A DNA stretch of 62,522 nucleotides, the filler included, from Sphacelaria rigidula (lineage: Eukaryota), in the NCBI GenBank assembly GCA_964200075.2. It is 6 parts of 6 records of this genome, joined end to end, with 100 filler letters (N's around TTAATTAATTAA, not from the genome) between each part and the next. Parts side by side here need not be neighbours in the genome. Positions count along the whole stretch, not along the records: positions 1 to 10,339 come from CAXNAA020006695.1; positions 10,440 to 20,778 come from CAXNAA020006696.1; 4 more parts are not named here. One strand, written 5' to 3'. Shown in pieces: positions 1-13,522 of this stretch; position 1 is the first letter of the stretch; every line of letters starts with the position of its first letter. The position numbers and the translations under genes were made by a program. Below the pieces are notes generated by a model. It did not search any database, was not told the origin of the DNA, and saw nothing but the letters and a program-made list of their open reading frames with translations.

Positions 1-59
1 AAGATTTTGCCTCCCGAAACCGTGCACTTTTTTGGGGGGAGGCTATCGTAGAAAGTGTC
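1..59 (+). mobile_element. Right end of MITE family A (cut by window start)
   Basis: 1-59 matches 1150-1209 and ends GGGGGGAGGCTATCGTAGAAAGTGTC, near reverse complement of the left end at 961 (GACACTTTCTACGGTAGCCCCCCC). Confidence 0.8.
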
Positions 60-2075
60 ACCAGCCGACACAGAACATTTTGTCTCGGCGGGACAGCAAC
101 TCCTCCCTCTTACGGGTCATGCTGATTTGTAACCCGGCGATATTTTAGGAATCGCCGCTGCTCCCCTGATGCGCATCCCACTCGAGACGTGCGTAACAGA
201 GCCTACTGCGCCAAACGCTACATCTCCGGCGGAGTCAGTCCATTGTGTTGATGAACCTCAAATCGATCTCACCTCTGCGACTCCACGCCAGGTCCACACC
301 GTGGATCCTGCCCAGTCAAATTCCGATCCTCCTGCTGAAGTGCTTCAACGCTCATCACCAGATTCTCGGAATAGTTTCTTGCGAATATGGCACCAACTAC
401 CGCCACACATGCGCGACATCAATTTTGACCTTCATGGGCCCGGCTGGCAACCGGCAGTCATCCGAGAACTCAGTGATGTCATGCTACAGTACCAAGATCG
501 ATTTTCCCGATCCAAGACGGATCTTGGGCATCGCGAAACGCTTCCTAATGAGGTTACCCTCCAACCCGGCGTCTCGCCGATCTTTGTTCAGGCAAATCGG
601 ACAAACCCAATTCTTACCAAGACGGTCAACGCCCTCTTGGATTCATATTTGGGAGCGGGATTAATACAACATTCCTCCTCTCCTCGGGCTTCGCCCCTTG
701 TGGTCGTCCCCAAAAAGGATGGAAACATACGCATAACCGTGAATTACCAACGGTTGAACCACGTCACTGTGGTCGGTAAACTTCCAATTTTCCGCATTGA
801 TGAAGTGTTCGACTCCTTAGGCGAAGGGGAAATATTCAGCACCTTCGACCTCGCTTCTTGATTCTTTTAGAATGATGTTCACCCTGAGACAGTCCCACTA
901 CCGGCCTTTTGTACCTCGTCCGGACTTTACGAGTGGCTTCGAATGCCACAAGGCGCTACCGACACTTTCTACGGTAGCCCCCCCCAAAACCAGCTAAAAC
1001 TTTCATGATAAAAATGGCCATACAGTGCCTGATGTTCGGGTTTAGACTACATAAAGCGCCTCATATTGGCGACATTGGCTAGAACGAACCCAAGCGTGGG
1101 AATTCCCAGCTCCTAGTTGTGCTCGGCGTTTCCCATTTCAACTTACATGAAAATGTTGCCTCCCAAAATCATGCACTTTTTGGGGGGGGGGGCTATCGTG
1201 GAAAATATCTGCCACTGCCCCGGGATGCTTTCGACGCTCAATGCACCACGTCACCGAGTGCCTCGAGCACATCATCATGTGCCTGGATGACGCTATCGCT
1301 TTCGATGCCTCACCCATTGCACATATCCGCACTCTACGACAATTTCTTTCTCGCCTACGCATACACGATTTGAAACTGTCTCCATCCAAACCTCGCCTTG
1401 GTGCGACTGACTTGGATTTCCTGGGGCATTCCATTCCGCCAGCAGGCCTGCATCCGGATACAAACAAAGTCGAGGAGATGACTGACTTTCCGATGCCAAC
1501 TAACATTTCTCAACTTCGCTCATTGTGGGGCAGACTATCCTTCTACCGCAAATTTTTGCCGAATCTCTCAAAATGGATGCACATCCTTACTGAGCTACGC
1601 AAAAAAGGAGCCGTGTTTTTCTTCACAATCGATATGAAGAGTATCACCCGCGAATCACTCAAGGCGCTTTCCGAAAAGCCTGTACTCTGCTTTCCTGATT
1701 GGGAGGCAGTACAAGATGGCTCTCGCCTTTTTCAACTCCACACTGACGCCAGCACAAACGGATTTGGGGGAGTTTTGAATCAACCTCAGGTTGATTGACT
1801 CCATCCGACCCATCCTTTATATTAGCCGCGCTACCCTGCCCAACGAGGTCAAGTAGAGCCCGCTAGAACTGGAAGGCGGAGTAACCACTTGGGCCATTAA
1901 GCGCCTTCGACGATATCTATTTCACGTGCCCTTTGAGATCTATACGGATCATGGAGCACTCGAACAACTCGCCAAGGTTGGTGAACACCACCCGCGTGTA
2001 CAACGATGGTTAGAGTTTCTAACAGCATACCAGCATACCATTAAGCACCGTCCAGGCAAAGCCAACGGGAACAGC
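60..2075 (+). pseudogene. Degenerate Ty3/Gypsy pol (RT + RNase H), element 1
   Basis: Motifs SPLVVVPKKDGNIRITVNYQRLN, FSTFDL, GLYEWLRMPQGA, CLDD, FLGH, LHTDAS, FEIYTDH, RVQRWLEFL, HRPGKANGN in Gypsy order; stops at 859, 1796, 1854 and a MITE insertion. Confidence 0.93.
961..1209 (+). mobile_element. MITE family A (~250 bp, C/G-run-containing TIRs) inserted in Gypsy RT
   Basis: Imperfect TIRs; flanks TACC/TGCC; removing the element plus 4 bp restores QGAATAPGCFRR, homologous to QGAAGASGAFQR of element 2. Confidence 0.85.
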
Positions 2076-2709
2076 ATACCAGTATACCAGCAACGTGCAC
2101 TACGCGCCACGGACAATCTTCGCCACGCACTAAATACAGCCCCGCCGCCCATAACGACGCCACCAATATCTACCCCGAGATATCTCCTTCTCCCGGGACA
2201 TATATTGACATCGGCAGCCCTACCCCGTCGCTGATTGCCCCGCTGCCCACTGCACCATGTTTGGTCGCCTCGCCAGCGGAAGATCAACTACGCGAGTTTC
2301 TCGCCAGCTATTCTCACCGCGATTGGGCTCGCGAATAAGACGCAGAATCGTTATGTGGTGCAGCCATCCAGTACTTACAGCTCGACTATCCAGTCCCTTT
2401 TCCATCCGCCCTTCTGGCCCCGGTTGGCACATTGCCACCACCAGTTACTTGTGATGGTAAATGACCGAGTGCGTGAATCAAACTAGTTCATTGAGATTTG
2501 ACGATGGTCCCCAGAAACGGCCGGCGAGTATGAAAAGATTCTAGTCGGATGCCTGCTTGTGTACGATAAAAATTAGATTGTTGAAGCGTTGATCCAGTTC
2601 ACAATTTGGATAAGGTTTGTACCCGATTAGCCGGGTGTACTTGCTGCTACTACAGCTTTAAGTGGCTACAGCATGGCGCGTCACGCTGATTTTGTATCAT
2701 GACAAGGTT

Positions 2710-3265
2710 GTGAGCGAAGCAAGAGGACGTCTTGGTAAAACAGCGAACCAAAGCTGCTGCTACCCACCTTCTTCACTCGACCCACCGATCAGTCTGCAGG
2801 CAATTATTGGATACAACAAGAGCTTTTTACCCATCACCTACCACCATCGGTCTCTCCTGTCTACACGGTCGCGAGCCCGAAGCCTTGACGTGAGTCTCTT
2901 GCTGTGCTGTACTATCACCCTTATCCACAATTATTATTTGTTTTCTGGCTTTGGGCTGTGTGATTCGCCCTAAATCAGCTGGGTTGTACGTTGAGAGAGA
3001 ATCATCAGCTCTGACAATACAAGTTGGATACAGGGTTAGCTGGTGACACTCTCTATCATGGGGTGCGGCTTGCGCTGCTACTTTATACTACGACATATAT
3101 GGGGCTTCAGAGGTAGCTCGTCTCATTCAAGCTGTAGGGGTTTCCCTCTCGGTCGGCCGCTGTTTACACACAGCCAAACCCAAGCTCACGGCTTTCTTTC
3201 AAAAGCCTTGTATTTTCGGCCCTTGGTTTCACTTGATATTCGTGTACACGATGCGTCGGTGTAAC
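2710..3265 (+). repeat. Possible 3' LTR of Gypsy element 1
   Basis: Non-coding block downstream of the pol remnant with candidate TG...TAACA ends; no second copy and no clear polypurine tract. Confidence 0.2.
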
Positions 3266-5121
3266 ACACGCGGGTAATTAGACAGCTTCTTGGACAGCTG
3301 TTTTCTTTTTTAATCGGAGTTTGATGGACGTTCCGACACAAGTCAGCTGTAGGTCTTCGATGTGTCATACAGTACCCACGTTGGCTTCAGGCAATGACGA
3401 CCGAACCATAAGGCGCTTCAGGTACGAGTGTACACGCAACCCCTCTTTTGCTACACAATCAAATTCCCCCACCTGCAGGCCATATTTACGGTGCGAGCCA
3501 ACCTACTGAGACGGATGCGTTTTTTTTGCCAACGTTATGCACCGCACAAAGGACTCATCGCGCCTTCATGCACACTCGATCTGAACTGCTATTTCTTTCT
3601 TCATTTTTTCACCACGGGCGGTTTCCAAAAACAACAGAGCCGCCTACATGTTCTTTGTTTCAACACGCCCCTTACGGGCCCGTGGATGTTTCAAAGATTC
3701 CCCACCCAAACTCCCCCCAAGCACCCCGCGATCGCCCCAGCTAATAGTCCGCCGATCCTGTATCAACCGAATCGACCGACATGTGTCCCGACTCACGCCG
3801 ATTCATGCTTGCAGGTAAGGAGTACGCAGGCTATTTCAATCGCCGGCCGCTGCGCAGATGAGTGCTTTTTCTCAAACACGGAACGTTGAGCCACCATGTG
3901 CACCGAATTATATCGATGCGACACATTGAGCCAGGACTATGGGATGTTGTCTGTACACGAGCATAATTGAACACTGCAAGCCGCGAGGCTCATGTTACTT
4001 GTACACAAGCTCTCGACGCTGTACTTTTGTCACTTTTACACGGCACCAGTGTACACTACAGTTTGATTGTGTTCCCACCAAACACACACTACAGTACATA
4101 CTTGATCGCCCAAATGGCAGCGTACCTTTCGCATTGAAATATTGTTTCGAGTTGAAGTACTGACAACAGTACAGTATCGTTTGAATTACAAATGGTCTCG
4201 GCGGGTAATATGTTGCGGACGGCGAAGTGCCGTACTGTAGCATATGTTGGTACTGCTGCACCATCTGCACGAAGTCATCTATAATACATTGTAGATATGA
4301 ACACGGCGCGGGTATAGCGCTGTGTCGGGTGTTCTTCGTGTGATACGAACGACCTGACGTTGGTATTGCACCATTGACCCGACCCTCCGCTGCACCACGC
4401 GAAGATCATACATACTGTACTGTACAACCCAGCATTTTGCTGTCCGGTACTTCGTACGTTACTGTTTGTACTGCACTACATATCTATATTACGGTTGTGC
4501 GTGTACATCTATTAATTGTCTACCTGTACGATGTACGTCACCGAGACCCCGACTCGGCTATTTTCAGCGAACAACTCGGTACTGTAATGTGTATCGCCAG
4601 CTGCGCTGGTAATACCTCTGGAAATACGGCATCCGACCGTTTTTTCTTTTCTCGACCTCAACATGTTCTCGAAACAGAACTGGGCGGTTTAACGTTGCTG
4701 TTGCGCTGTTGACAGTCAAACCTTTCCCTTCACGGCGTGCAGGTTTGTCAAAGGCGCTGTTGTGGTGTTGACAGTCACTGTATGCCTGATTGTGACAACG
4801 GTCGTTTTCTTCTTGTCTCTTTGCTGTTTCAGTTTATCCACCAACACACACAAAAATACTATTTGTTGTGTGCCTTCTACATTTTTTCCCTTCGTCTGCA
4901 TCTGATTAAAGAGGTTATAGACCGCATGCATATGCCGAGTGGGCTGAGGTACATGTCGATCGAAAACTGTCGACAGTACCCCACCACTCTATTTCTTTTA
5001 TTTTTTGTTCACGCCGCCTCAGTCCTCAACAACTATGCGTCCTCCCACGACGAAACGTTCACTTTTCAACTTCCGCATCTCTGCGTTACCGGTCTTGCGC
5101 AATTGCGCAGGTGTACAAGCC

Positions 5122-8100
5122 ATGTCTGATATCAACCGCCCTTCGACTTCATCTGAGCACGATGTCACGAAGGACGGTGCGTTCCCTCCAGACAGTGGTA
5201 AAACAACCGTACGGTCACCCATGCGTAGTGGGATGGTTGTAACCAACGAACCGGAACGTTTTGATGTTGATGATAGCGTTTTTGCAGGAGACATTTTCAG
5301 GAACGTGGCCAAAGATTTCGATGAGGACCGTAGTTCTTCTCCCCATTCTCACCCCACCTCCCTCAGTGAACATACCACTATACACCAACCAGTCACTCAA
5401 AGCGCTGACGGTGTTCCCACTATTAATTCTCAGATGGCATCTCTCCACGTGAGCCCTAATGCTAAGAAAGCCTTTCCTGACGATGATCTCCGCACCCAAA
5501 CCGGTGCTGAACCCTGTAATCGCCCCACTTTGGCTCTTAATGACCAGCCCAAGCCAGAACAATCCCTGCCCACGCGTAACGAAGCATATTTTCAGCTCAA
5601 GCAAACTCGCAAAGCCTTCATTCCCCCGCGCCATTGGTACAACGTTTCGGTAAATGAATAAAACGAGTGCTGGGACCAGATACAGAACAACGATCTAGCA
5701 CAGCTTGGACGTGCGTTAAGCCATCTGGAATTTGCCCGCCTCCAGGCGGGTCAACATGAGGGCTTTTCGAGGGTGCAAGAGCCCACGTAGGTCCCCCGTA
5801 AGATCGATGTCCATCCCGACAAAAAGCCAACGGAACAGACCGAACTGGAGCGCGCGATACTCGAATCCACAAAAGCTCTGGAAAATGCTGAGCAAGAATA
5901 TCAACTGATGACACAAATACACTCAGACACTTCGCAACATTTTCCACTATGTCGACAATCCTGGCAGTCACAACTGCGTTCGTACGGTCGCCTACACCGC
6001 TAACGTTGTCCACCGCCTGACCCACCTGACCTGGCACACTTTCAACCACACGCACCGGCCCACTCACAAACCGGTAGACCTTTACACATGAGAGGACCTA
6101 GTGCTACGGCTGAACCCCGCCAGGACGGTACCCACACAACACTGATACTCACCTCACAACTTGACAACCTTTTTGGAACGTTCTACAAGTTCCAGAGATT
6201 CCAAATAGCATCCAGTAGGGTAACCCAGGACGCGTTGCTTAGCCCAAACCCTGAGCGCCTCTACCTGCCTGTTTGTTTTCTATTTCTGTACTTCATTTCT
6301 CATCAGTCGGTACAATCCCACGATCAGAAATAAACAACACTGTTAATTCACCGCAGAAGTATCCAACAATTTTATGGCAACAATTTGTTATCGCTCGGCC
6401 AGGACACAGACATCACACGTGAGAATCAGTGGTGGCCACCGCGGGTTCAACCATGTGGTGTGGGTTCCCTGGGTATGCTGACACTGCCTTGAAGAGTTCC
6501 AACACAGTCGAAGCCCGTGTACCGTTGCATGGCTATCCATTGAGCAGTGACCAAACCCAACGTTTTAAGCCTGGATATGATCACCCAGTTTTACATCCAC
6601 CAGGTACTAATCATACTCAATCGAATCCCTTCCCTTCGGAGGGGAGGAGGTCATGTAGTGCAGTTTCTAACGCATCCGGAGCCGAAATATCTTCTGCTAC
6701 GGTAGACACTGCCTCTTCGACCGTTCATCGGAAAACACTAAATTCAAAGCCACACACTCAAGCACCCCCCAACTGCTCAAGTGCCCGGGTAACCACCCTA
6801 CCGAGTTCCACAAAAACTACGGTACCCGGTTCCCTTTTATTTGATGAGAGTAATTATTCCTTAAAGGGTCGCAACCGCAAAGAACCCATGCTTTCCGTCC
6901 CTCAGCGGGTTGGAATGGAACCCCAAGTGACAGCGACTCAGGTGGTGCGCCAAGAGCGTGACATAGGTTCGACTGTCCGAGAACACATTTCAAGAGCTCC
7001 TGGAGCCGCCGGCCCTTTCGTGCGCTATACGCGTCACCCTAGGCGGACTCCTCCAGCTGATCATGTAGATAAGCCTGATGCAGCAAGCGCACGTAAACTC
7101 TAAGGAAGAGATCCCGTGCGGGCTCAGACAGATGAAAACCTTAGAGTGTAACAGGCCAGTACTCCCCAGATTTCGAACAGATCGTTACTGATCCCTGACC
7201 ACCTCTCGTGCACTGCGTTAGAACCCATTGCTGATGAAGCGTTGCCCTCTGTAGGGACAGAGACTTCGCCGACTCATGGACGTTCGCATCCCAGTCATGA
7301 AGACACCTCAGTCGTGTGTTCGTCACCGGGCAGACTAAGTGTTACGCAAGACGACTCGTCTCCTAACTCGCCTACGTTGGCCCCTTTAATAGACGCCGGG
7401 CTGAACAGCACAGCTTTACCAAACCCCGCGTCCTGACGAATCGTCTCCAAAACCGCCCATGTTGGCCCTAACTAGTGATGGTATTGAGTTGATTGGCGTA
7501 TCAAACTCAACACCGCGCCCCGATGAATCGTCCCCTGTTCCGACCAAGCTGGATAATGTAATTGATCTTGCTTTGCACAAGGACGATTCGCCCCCTTTGT
7601 TGGCCAATAAGGGTGAAACACCACGCACAGATGAGTTGTCAGGTCCAACCACGACAACTGCCCTTCCCCGGCATCGCCCCTCCGTTGCAATATATGAGAT
7701 TCAACCCTCGACTGATGAGACAAATATTCCACGCACAAACACTGACACTCCATGCACGTACCATCTTTCCGACCAAAAGCTTGTCCCACAGGATCATCAA
7801 CGGGTGTGTTTTAGCACCTTCGTTCAAAACTTAAAGCAGAATGTGTCAGATGTCTTACCCGAATTCGGGCCCGATCTCGTCAGTGGTACTGCAACTATGG
7901 ATGGTGCTTCTTTTTCGACCAAGATAGGTTTACATAGTGGAGCGCGTGCAAACTGTCATTTGATAGCTCTTGCACTACCAGACTCTGGTTCACCTCAAAC
8001 GTTCATTACAGCCAGCTGCTGGCAACAGATGATCAACGCGGGCGCGACGGACGAGCATTGTCTGTCCACCGTGCACCCTCGTCTTTTTGGTCGGTTTGGT

Positions 8101-10339
8101 TCCTCCAATCTCTTACGGTCAATCAATCGGTGAGACTAAGTGTACAATTCCACCACGATACTACTCCCACTGCTCGGTTGTCCGTATGGGCACTAATTGT
8201 GCCCGACGGTTCCATGGCTTTTGGTGTTTTGTTGGATCAAGATAGTTGGTCTCGTTTTTTCACACACACGTATACGACGGACAAACGTGTCCCGGACCGT
8301 CCAGTCACAGGCAAGTTGTCACTGGGTCATTTCGACACTGACTCGGGAGCTCATGCTAATGCGGATGATCCCAGGCAAACAGGTAATGCTTGCCGGCTGT
8401 ACTATGTTGGTGAACCTGTAGTCTCGCTTTTTCGTGAACCCCAACGTATCCAAGTGAACCTCGTGAGACGCAATGGATCGCCCGCCCTCACAGGACATTA
8501 TTTGGTCGAGTTGCTCAAACCTGACCAAGCACAGGTTGGTCCGTTTGAACAGACCGAAGTCTTTGTCCACGAAGGTAGGCAGGTCATTTACCTCACTTCC
8601 CCTGCATGTTTCGATATACTCAATGGTCAGTTGTTGGGTTATGCTCAAGCGCTTCTCATACGAACCGCCCTGTCAGATGTGTGCCCTCCTGCGGACAACA
8701 ACTCGCCGACCGACCCCCCGAAATCCACGGGCCCCCCTCCGCTACACATGCCTGACCCCATGGTGGTGACAAACCCACCAGATGCGCCTGAACCTCAATC
8801 TCCAACTGCATTACTGTATGGTTTTCAAAAGTTGTGGGATGACATTCCCCCTCAATTACGGCATCTTGTTTTTGATCCATCTGGCGATGGTTGGACACCC
8901 GCTGTACTCGGTAGATTGAGATCCATCTTGATTAAATATTCTGAACGATTTTCTACTGCACCCTTGGATTTAGGTCGATGTACCACGATACCGTTCAAGA
9001 TCAAAATCCCTGATGGCACTCCGCCTATCGCTATGCGTTCGTACCGTACGAGCCCCCTCTTAGCGGATAAGATCCAGGTAGTTCTCAATGGTTACTTGTC
9101 CGCCGGTTTGATTCGGCACTCGACGTCTCCGTGGGCCTCGACTTCAGCAGTCGTCCGTAAGAAAAATGGCAAAATCAGACTGACGGTCAAATATCAACGA
9201 TTGAACGCTGTCATCAAAATCGCCCGTCTGTCACTTCCACGGATTGATGAAATTATTGACTCTCTTGGCGGGGATAAGGTATTTCCGAACTTTGACATGC
9301 AGTCCGGCTACCATCAGCCGGTGATGGACCCCAGTTCCATTGAACTGACATCGTTTTGCAGGCCATCAGGTTTGTACGAGTGGCTGGTTACACCACAAGG
9401 TGCCGCAGGAGCTTCAGGTGCGTTTCAACGTGTAATGTTCCGTGTAACTGATGGATTGCCCAAATGCCATATATACCTTGATGATGCGGTATGCCCCGAC
9501 TGCACACCGGCTGAACACGTCGAACAGTTGGCATAATTCTTTAATCGGTTTGAACAACACAACTTGAAACTTGCACCCTCCAAATCCCGCATTGGCGCCA
9601 CGAAGATTGAGTTCTTGGGTCATTGCATCACCCCCGAAGGTCGTAGCCCAAACCTTGACAAGGTCGCCGCACTCTCCGATATGCGCATGCCACGGAACAT
9701 TTCTCAACTGCGTTCCTTGTTGGGAGGTCCAAGCTACTACAGACAATACTTGCCAAACCTTGCCCAAACGCCAAAACCTCTCACCACCCCCCTCGAAAAA
9801 AGGGGTGAAATTTGTGTCGACATTGGAAATAGAAAAAACCGTCCGCCGTCTTCTTGACATCCTTTCGCGCCCGCCGATTCTCGTCTTCCCCGACTGGTCG
9901 GCCGCGGAGCAGGGTTCCCGCCCTTTCCGGCTCCCCACAGATTCTTCCAAAATTGGGTTTGGCTGCACATTAGAACAGGAGCAAGACGATGCTACTGTTC
10001 GTCCCATTGTATATCTGAGTCCCACCACGTTTCCAAATGAACAGAATTGGTCTGTCATGGAACACGAGGCCGGCGCAGTTGTTTTGGGCGTGCGGCGTCT
10101 GCGTCAGTATTTGTATGACATCCCGTTTTTGAGTTATACGGACCATTAGTATTTGGAAAGCCATGTCAAAATGGCGGAACACAACGCTAGGGTACAACGC
10201 TGGTTCGAAATTCTGTCGTCTTACAACTTTCAACTGAAGTACCGCACAGGTCCCCAGAATGCAAACGCCGACTTTCTGTCACGCTTGCCCACACCAGCTC
10301 AACCTATCGATGAATCCCCCATGGGACGTATCACCGATC
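5122..10339 (+). mobile_element. Degenerate Ty3/Gypsy LTR retrotransposon, element 2 (gag-like region, protease, RT, RNase H; cut by scaffold end)
   Basis: Long S/P/T-rich ORF pieces, then LALPDSGSPQTFI (protease, ~7965-8010), RT (FDMQSGYHQ, YLDD), RNase H (PTDSS, SYTDH) and KYRTGPQNANADFLSR. Confidence 0.9.
7960..10339 (+). pseudogene. Gypsy element 2 pol pseudogene (PR-RT-RH)
   Basis: ORFs 7459-8133, 8058-9536, 9564-9857, 9571-10149 and 10153-gap chain through frameshifts (~8120, ~9800) and stops (9534, 10147). Confidence 0.92.
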
Positions 10340-10439
10340 NNNNNNNNNNNNNNNNNNNNNNNNNNNNNNNNNNNNNNNNNNNNTTAATTAATTAANNNNN
10401 NNNNNNNNNNNNNNNNNNNNNNNNNNNNNNNNNNNNNNN
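10340..10439. other. Artificial scaffold-joining spacer 1
   Basis: 44 N + TTAATTAATTAA (stops in all six frames) + 44 N. Confidence 0.98.
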
Positions 10440-10571
10440 AAGCCTACTGATTATCTTGCATTTGGATGACAGCCCACAATGAGTTGCTTTATTCTGTGGT
10501 ATTGCCACTTCCAGAGACAGCGCAAACTTTCAAACTGCCTCATGGGTGTCTAACCAGGCTGGGAGGGGAGG

Positions 10572-11430
10572 GGCGTACTCACTCGTTGCTTGCCTTAGTC
10601 GTTTGACCATCGACCACGCATCCCTTTCGAGACGGAGCACCGTTTCTACCTCTAATAGAGCCACCTTCAACATTCCAGCGCTCATTACGTCTCTTCCATT
10701 CATGACACAAAAACCTTTAACATATCTTACCCCGTCCTGGTTCGCTGTCTCTGGCCACCGTTTATCTCCTAGTATAGCCTTCGTTTTCTCCCTACTCCAT
10801 GCCACGTTCGTTCACGTCCCGCATTTCCCCCTCCGGCACGTCCCGTTCCTCCTTGTACAGGTCACATTTTGCCACTAGATGATGCTCTCTATTGATTTGC
10901 TACAGGGGCAGCTCTGTACATCTGCTTCCTCCTCCACACGACTACTTGCAATCTCTTTCTCCTGTCTGGCAGGTCCAGGTTCCCCACCCGAAATCGCAGT
11001 TTCAATTTTTTCGCCGCGTTCATCGGACCATGCAGATGTGTTTTCATCTAGATCCCCTCTCTTCATCCACCGTATATCTTCAGGTGTTCTTCCTCGTCTA
11101 TTTTGCGTCTGAGCGCTCCCTTTCCCCTCACTTCTATCACGTCTCCTACTTTTGTCTTGTACCCCGCGCCTTCACCTAGGGACAGTATTTCGTCTCGGTT
11201 TCCTCCTTTCTCCTTCCATACCTCCTCCACTTCTTTATCCCACCTTATTCCAGCCTTCTCCGTCGTACGTTTCTTCCGCACAGCCCTATCAACTCTAGCT
11301 GGCAGTCTCTTTCTCTGCATGTTCTTTGCGCTATATTGCCACCTCAATTTCCTCATGTCTCTGTTTGTTTCAAGCGAGTACATTCTCAACTCTGCTCTCA
11401 TTGCTGTATAACTCGTCGTTTTCGAGCATC
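10572..11430 (-). mobile_element. 5'-truncated LINE (ORF2 C-terminus and C-rich 3' end), family L-A
   Basis: Minus-strand peptides GCSKTTSYTAMRAEL, IRWDKEVEEVWKE, ILGDKRWPETA homologous to 49840-50670; 3' end GAGTACGCCCCTCCCCTCCC; flanks CCAGGCTGGGAGGGG / CCAGTACGGAGGGG resemble a decayed TSD. Confidence 0.85.
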
Positions 11431-13045
11431 CCAGTACGGAGGGGGGGTGAAAGCGCGACGAGAATGGAAAATGAAAAATGACTCGGAACGATCACATCGG
11501 GCGGCTATTCTCTTTCAACCAAGTCTGAAGCTGTCTCAAGTTCGCCGACGAAAACCTCCGGCGCAACTGTTGGTTGGCATTTCCATCACTTTCAGCCGGT
11601 TTGGGTTCAGAGATATGTGGCACACAACACAACTATAGAACGTCCGGCGAAAGTCTCCAGTCAACGGCAAACGCGTCCATTTCAAGTCGGTCACACCTTG
11701 ATCACGACATACATTGCGCATTTTCCGACGCCCGATAACCTGGACGGTGGTGACCTTCAGTTGAACAAATTTACGATATGCCAAATTTCCGTGACAATCG
11801 GCAAAAAACCGAAATCGTAGAACCGTCTGTTCTGAACACCTCATTATCATTGATTTTGTTATTCCACACAGGTTGCTGCTCTTTACCCAATGTCGCTTTC
11901 AATACACGGAACGAAGTTGCTGCTGCTAAAAATGGACTGTGACCACGAGTCTGAGTGCTCCATGCGTCTACCGTGAGTGTAGCTGCTGAAGCGTGCGAGC
12001 ACACGTTTCAACGGTCGCGCGTCACGAGCACGGGATAAACCAAGCTCTTTCCTGATTTGTGTTATGCCTTTTCGCACCGAGGTCCGCTACTAAATCGCTC
12101 AACTTTCCGTTCTCGACCGTTTTTTATTCTCCCCGTAAGGTAGTAGCAGATGAGAACTTCAGAATTGGGAATGAACACACTACCAACATCAAAGACGAAA
12201 ATCTGACATCGGACTTTCTCCTTTTTTGTCGTACTTTCGAGCCGTCCGGGCGTTGGACCACCCGCACCTTTTAGTTTTCCACTCGTTTTTCAAGTGTCCA
12301 ATCGGTACGCATGGCAATACTGTTGTGTTGTTTCCTTAACGCCATGTGGTTGTATCATAGTGCACATCCTCATCAACAACAACTTTCGACACATAACAAT
12401 GATTGGAAAAAGCTGGGTTAGCACACCTCCTGGAGCTTCCTTCCAACTCTCAGGGGATGGCATGGACCGTGTAGCCATTATGCTGATGTCCGTGGTGACC
12501 TGTGTCATGATTTTGGTGTCGCTGTGTCTCAATTAGATATTTGAGAAAATCTAATATTAGACTGAAAAAACTGTGATGTCCCGTGCGTTGCCGCCCTTGA
12601 GGATAATTCTAGCCGCCCGCGTTCATCTGTGCGCCACATTTGTTTCATAGGTGATTCTAGTACCACCTTATAGATGATTTAGTATCGCCATGTGAAAACG
12701 AGGCCTATGTCCCTTCATTCGTGCGTTTAGTGCGTTTTGGAGCGCATGCCTCCTCTCCTGCACACGTTCCCCTCCGAGATAAGGGACCTTGAGACGCCGT
12801 GTGATCATTGTGGAAAGATGCCGTGCAAACACAACGAACGGTGGAGCGTTGCGCGTGCGATTTGTGGGGCTTTGTCGTTGTTTCGGACGTGCCACAGTGT
12901 GTATACTTTGCGCCCAGAATAAGGTACACTTGCTTGGACTGTGTCCGATACTGGTGTACTGTGTGCAGACGGTACTCGCAAAGCGTTGGGTCGAATCAAT
13001 AAGGCGCCACACCCTGTAATGGTCTTTACGAAACGTCTTACACAG

Positions 13046-13143
13046 GGAAGGGGGCCGTGCTAGACGGGTGGACGGATCCCATTGGAGCTCATGACAAGAA
13101 GGTTATCGAATTGGAGGAGGGGATGTTTCTCGAGAAAGAGCTG
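13046..13143 (+). CDS. Coiled-coil/PDZ-like/ankyrin gene, internal exon a
   Basis: CACAG acceptor, KGAVLDGWTDPIGAHDKKVIELEEGMFLEKEL, GTGAGA donor in phase 0 with the next exon. Confidence 0.6.
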
Positions 13144-13522
13144 GTGAGAGAGGCCTTGAAGACCATAGCACGAGAAAGATACCACATGGAAATTTACTGA
13201 TTAGAGTGCAAGCATCCATGCATTTCTCGACACTTTCACCCAAACGTGTATACGTACACATTTTTGCCTTTATGCCAACTTCCGCTATCTGAGCCTACGT
13301 TCGTCCAGTGCCTAAGGTTGCTCCATGCGCCCTGAAAGTGGTCAGGAGGGGTAGGAGAACGGAAGGAGAGAACTGGCGTGATTTCAGAGACGTTGAACAC
13401 TCCTACACGTCCCGTATAGAGCAGCTACCTGACTCCAGTGCGAGAAACACACCCCACGAAGACACCTCCTCCATAGCAGCTACTCTCGCGATCAACCGCT
13501 CGTTCCGTCCGTTGCTCCACAG

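Noticed and set aside
8058..9536. Active RT or a retron/DGR-like system
   Set aside because: Ordinary Gypsy RT flanked by protease and RNase H, with stops and frameshifts; no template/variable repeat pair.
10384..10395. TTAATTAATTAA as a biological motif or piggyBac target
   Set aside because: Synthetic linker embedded in fixed N runs.
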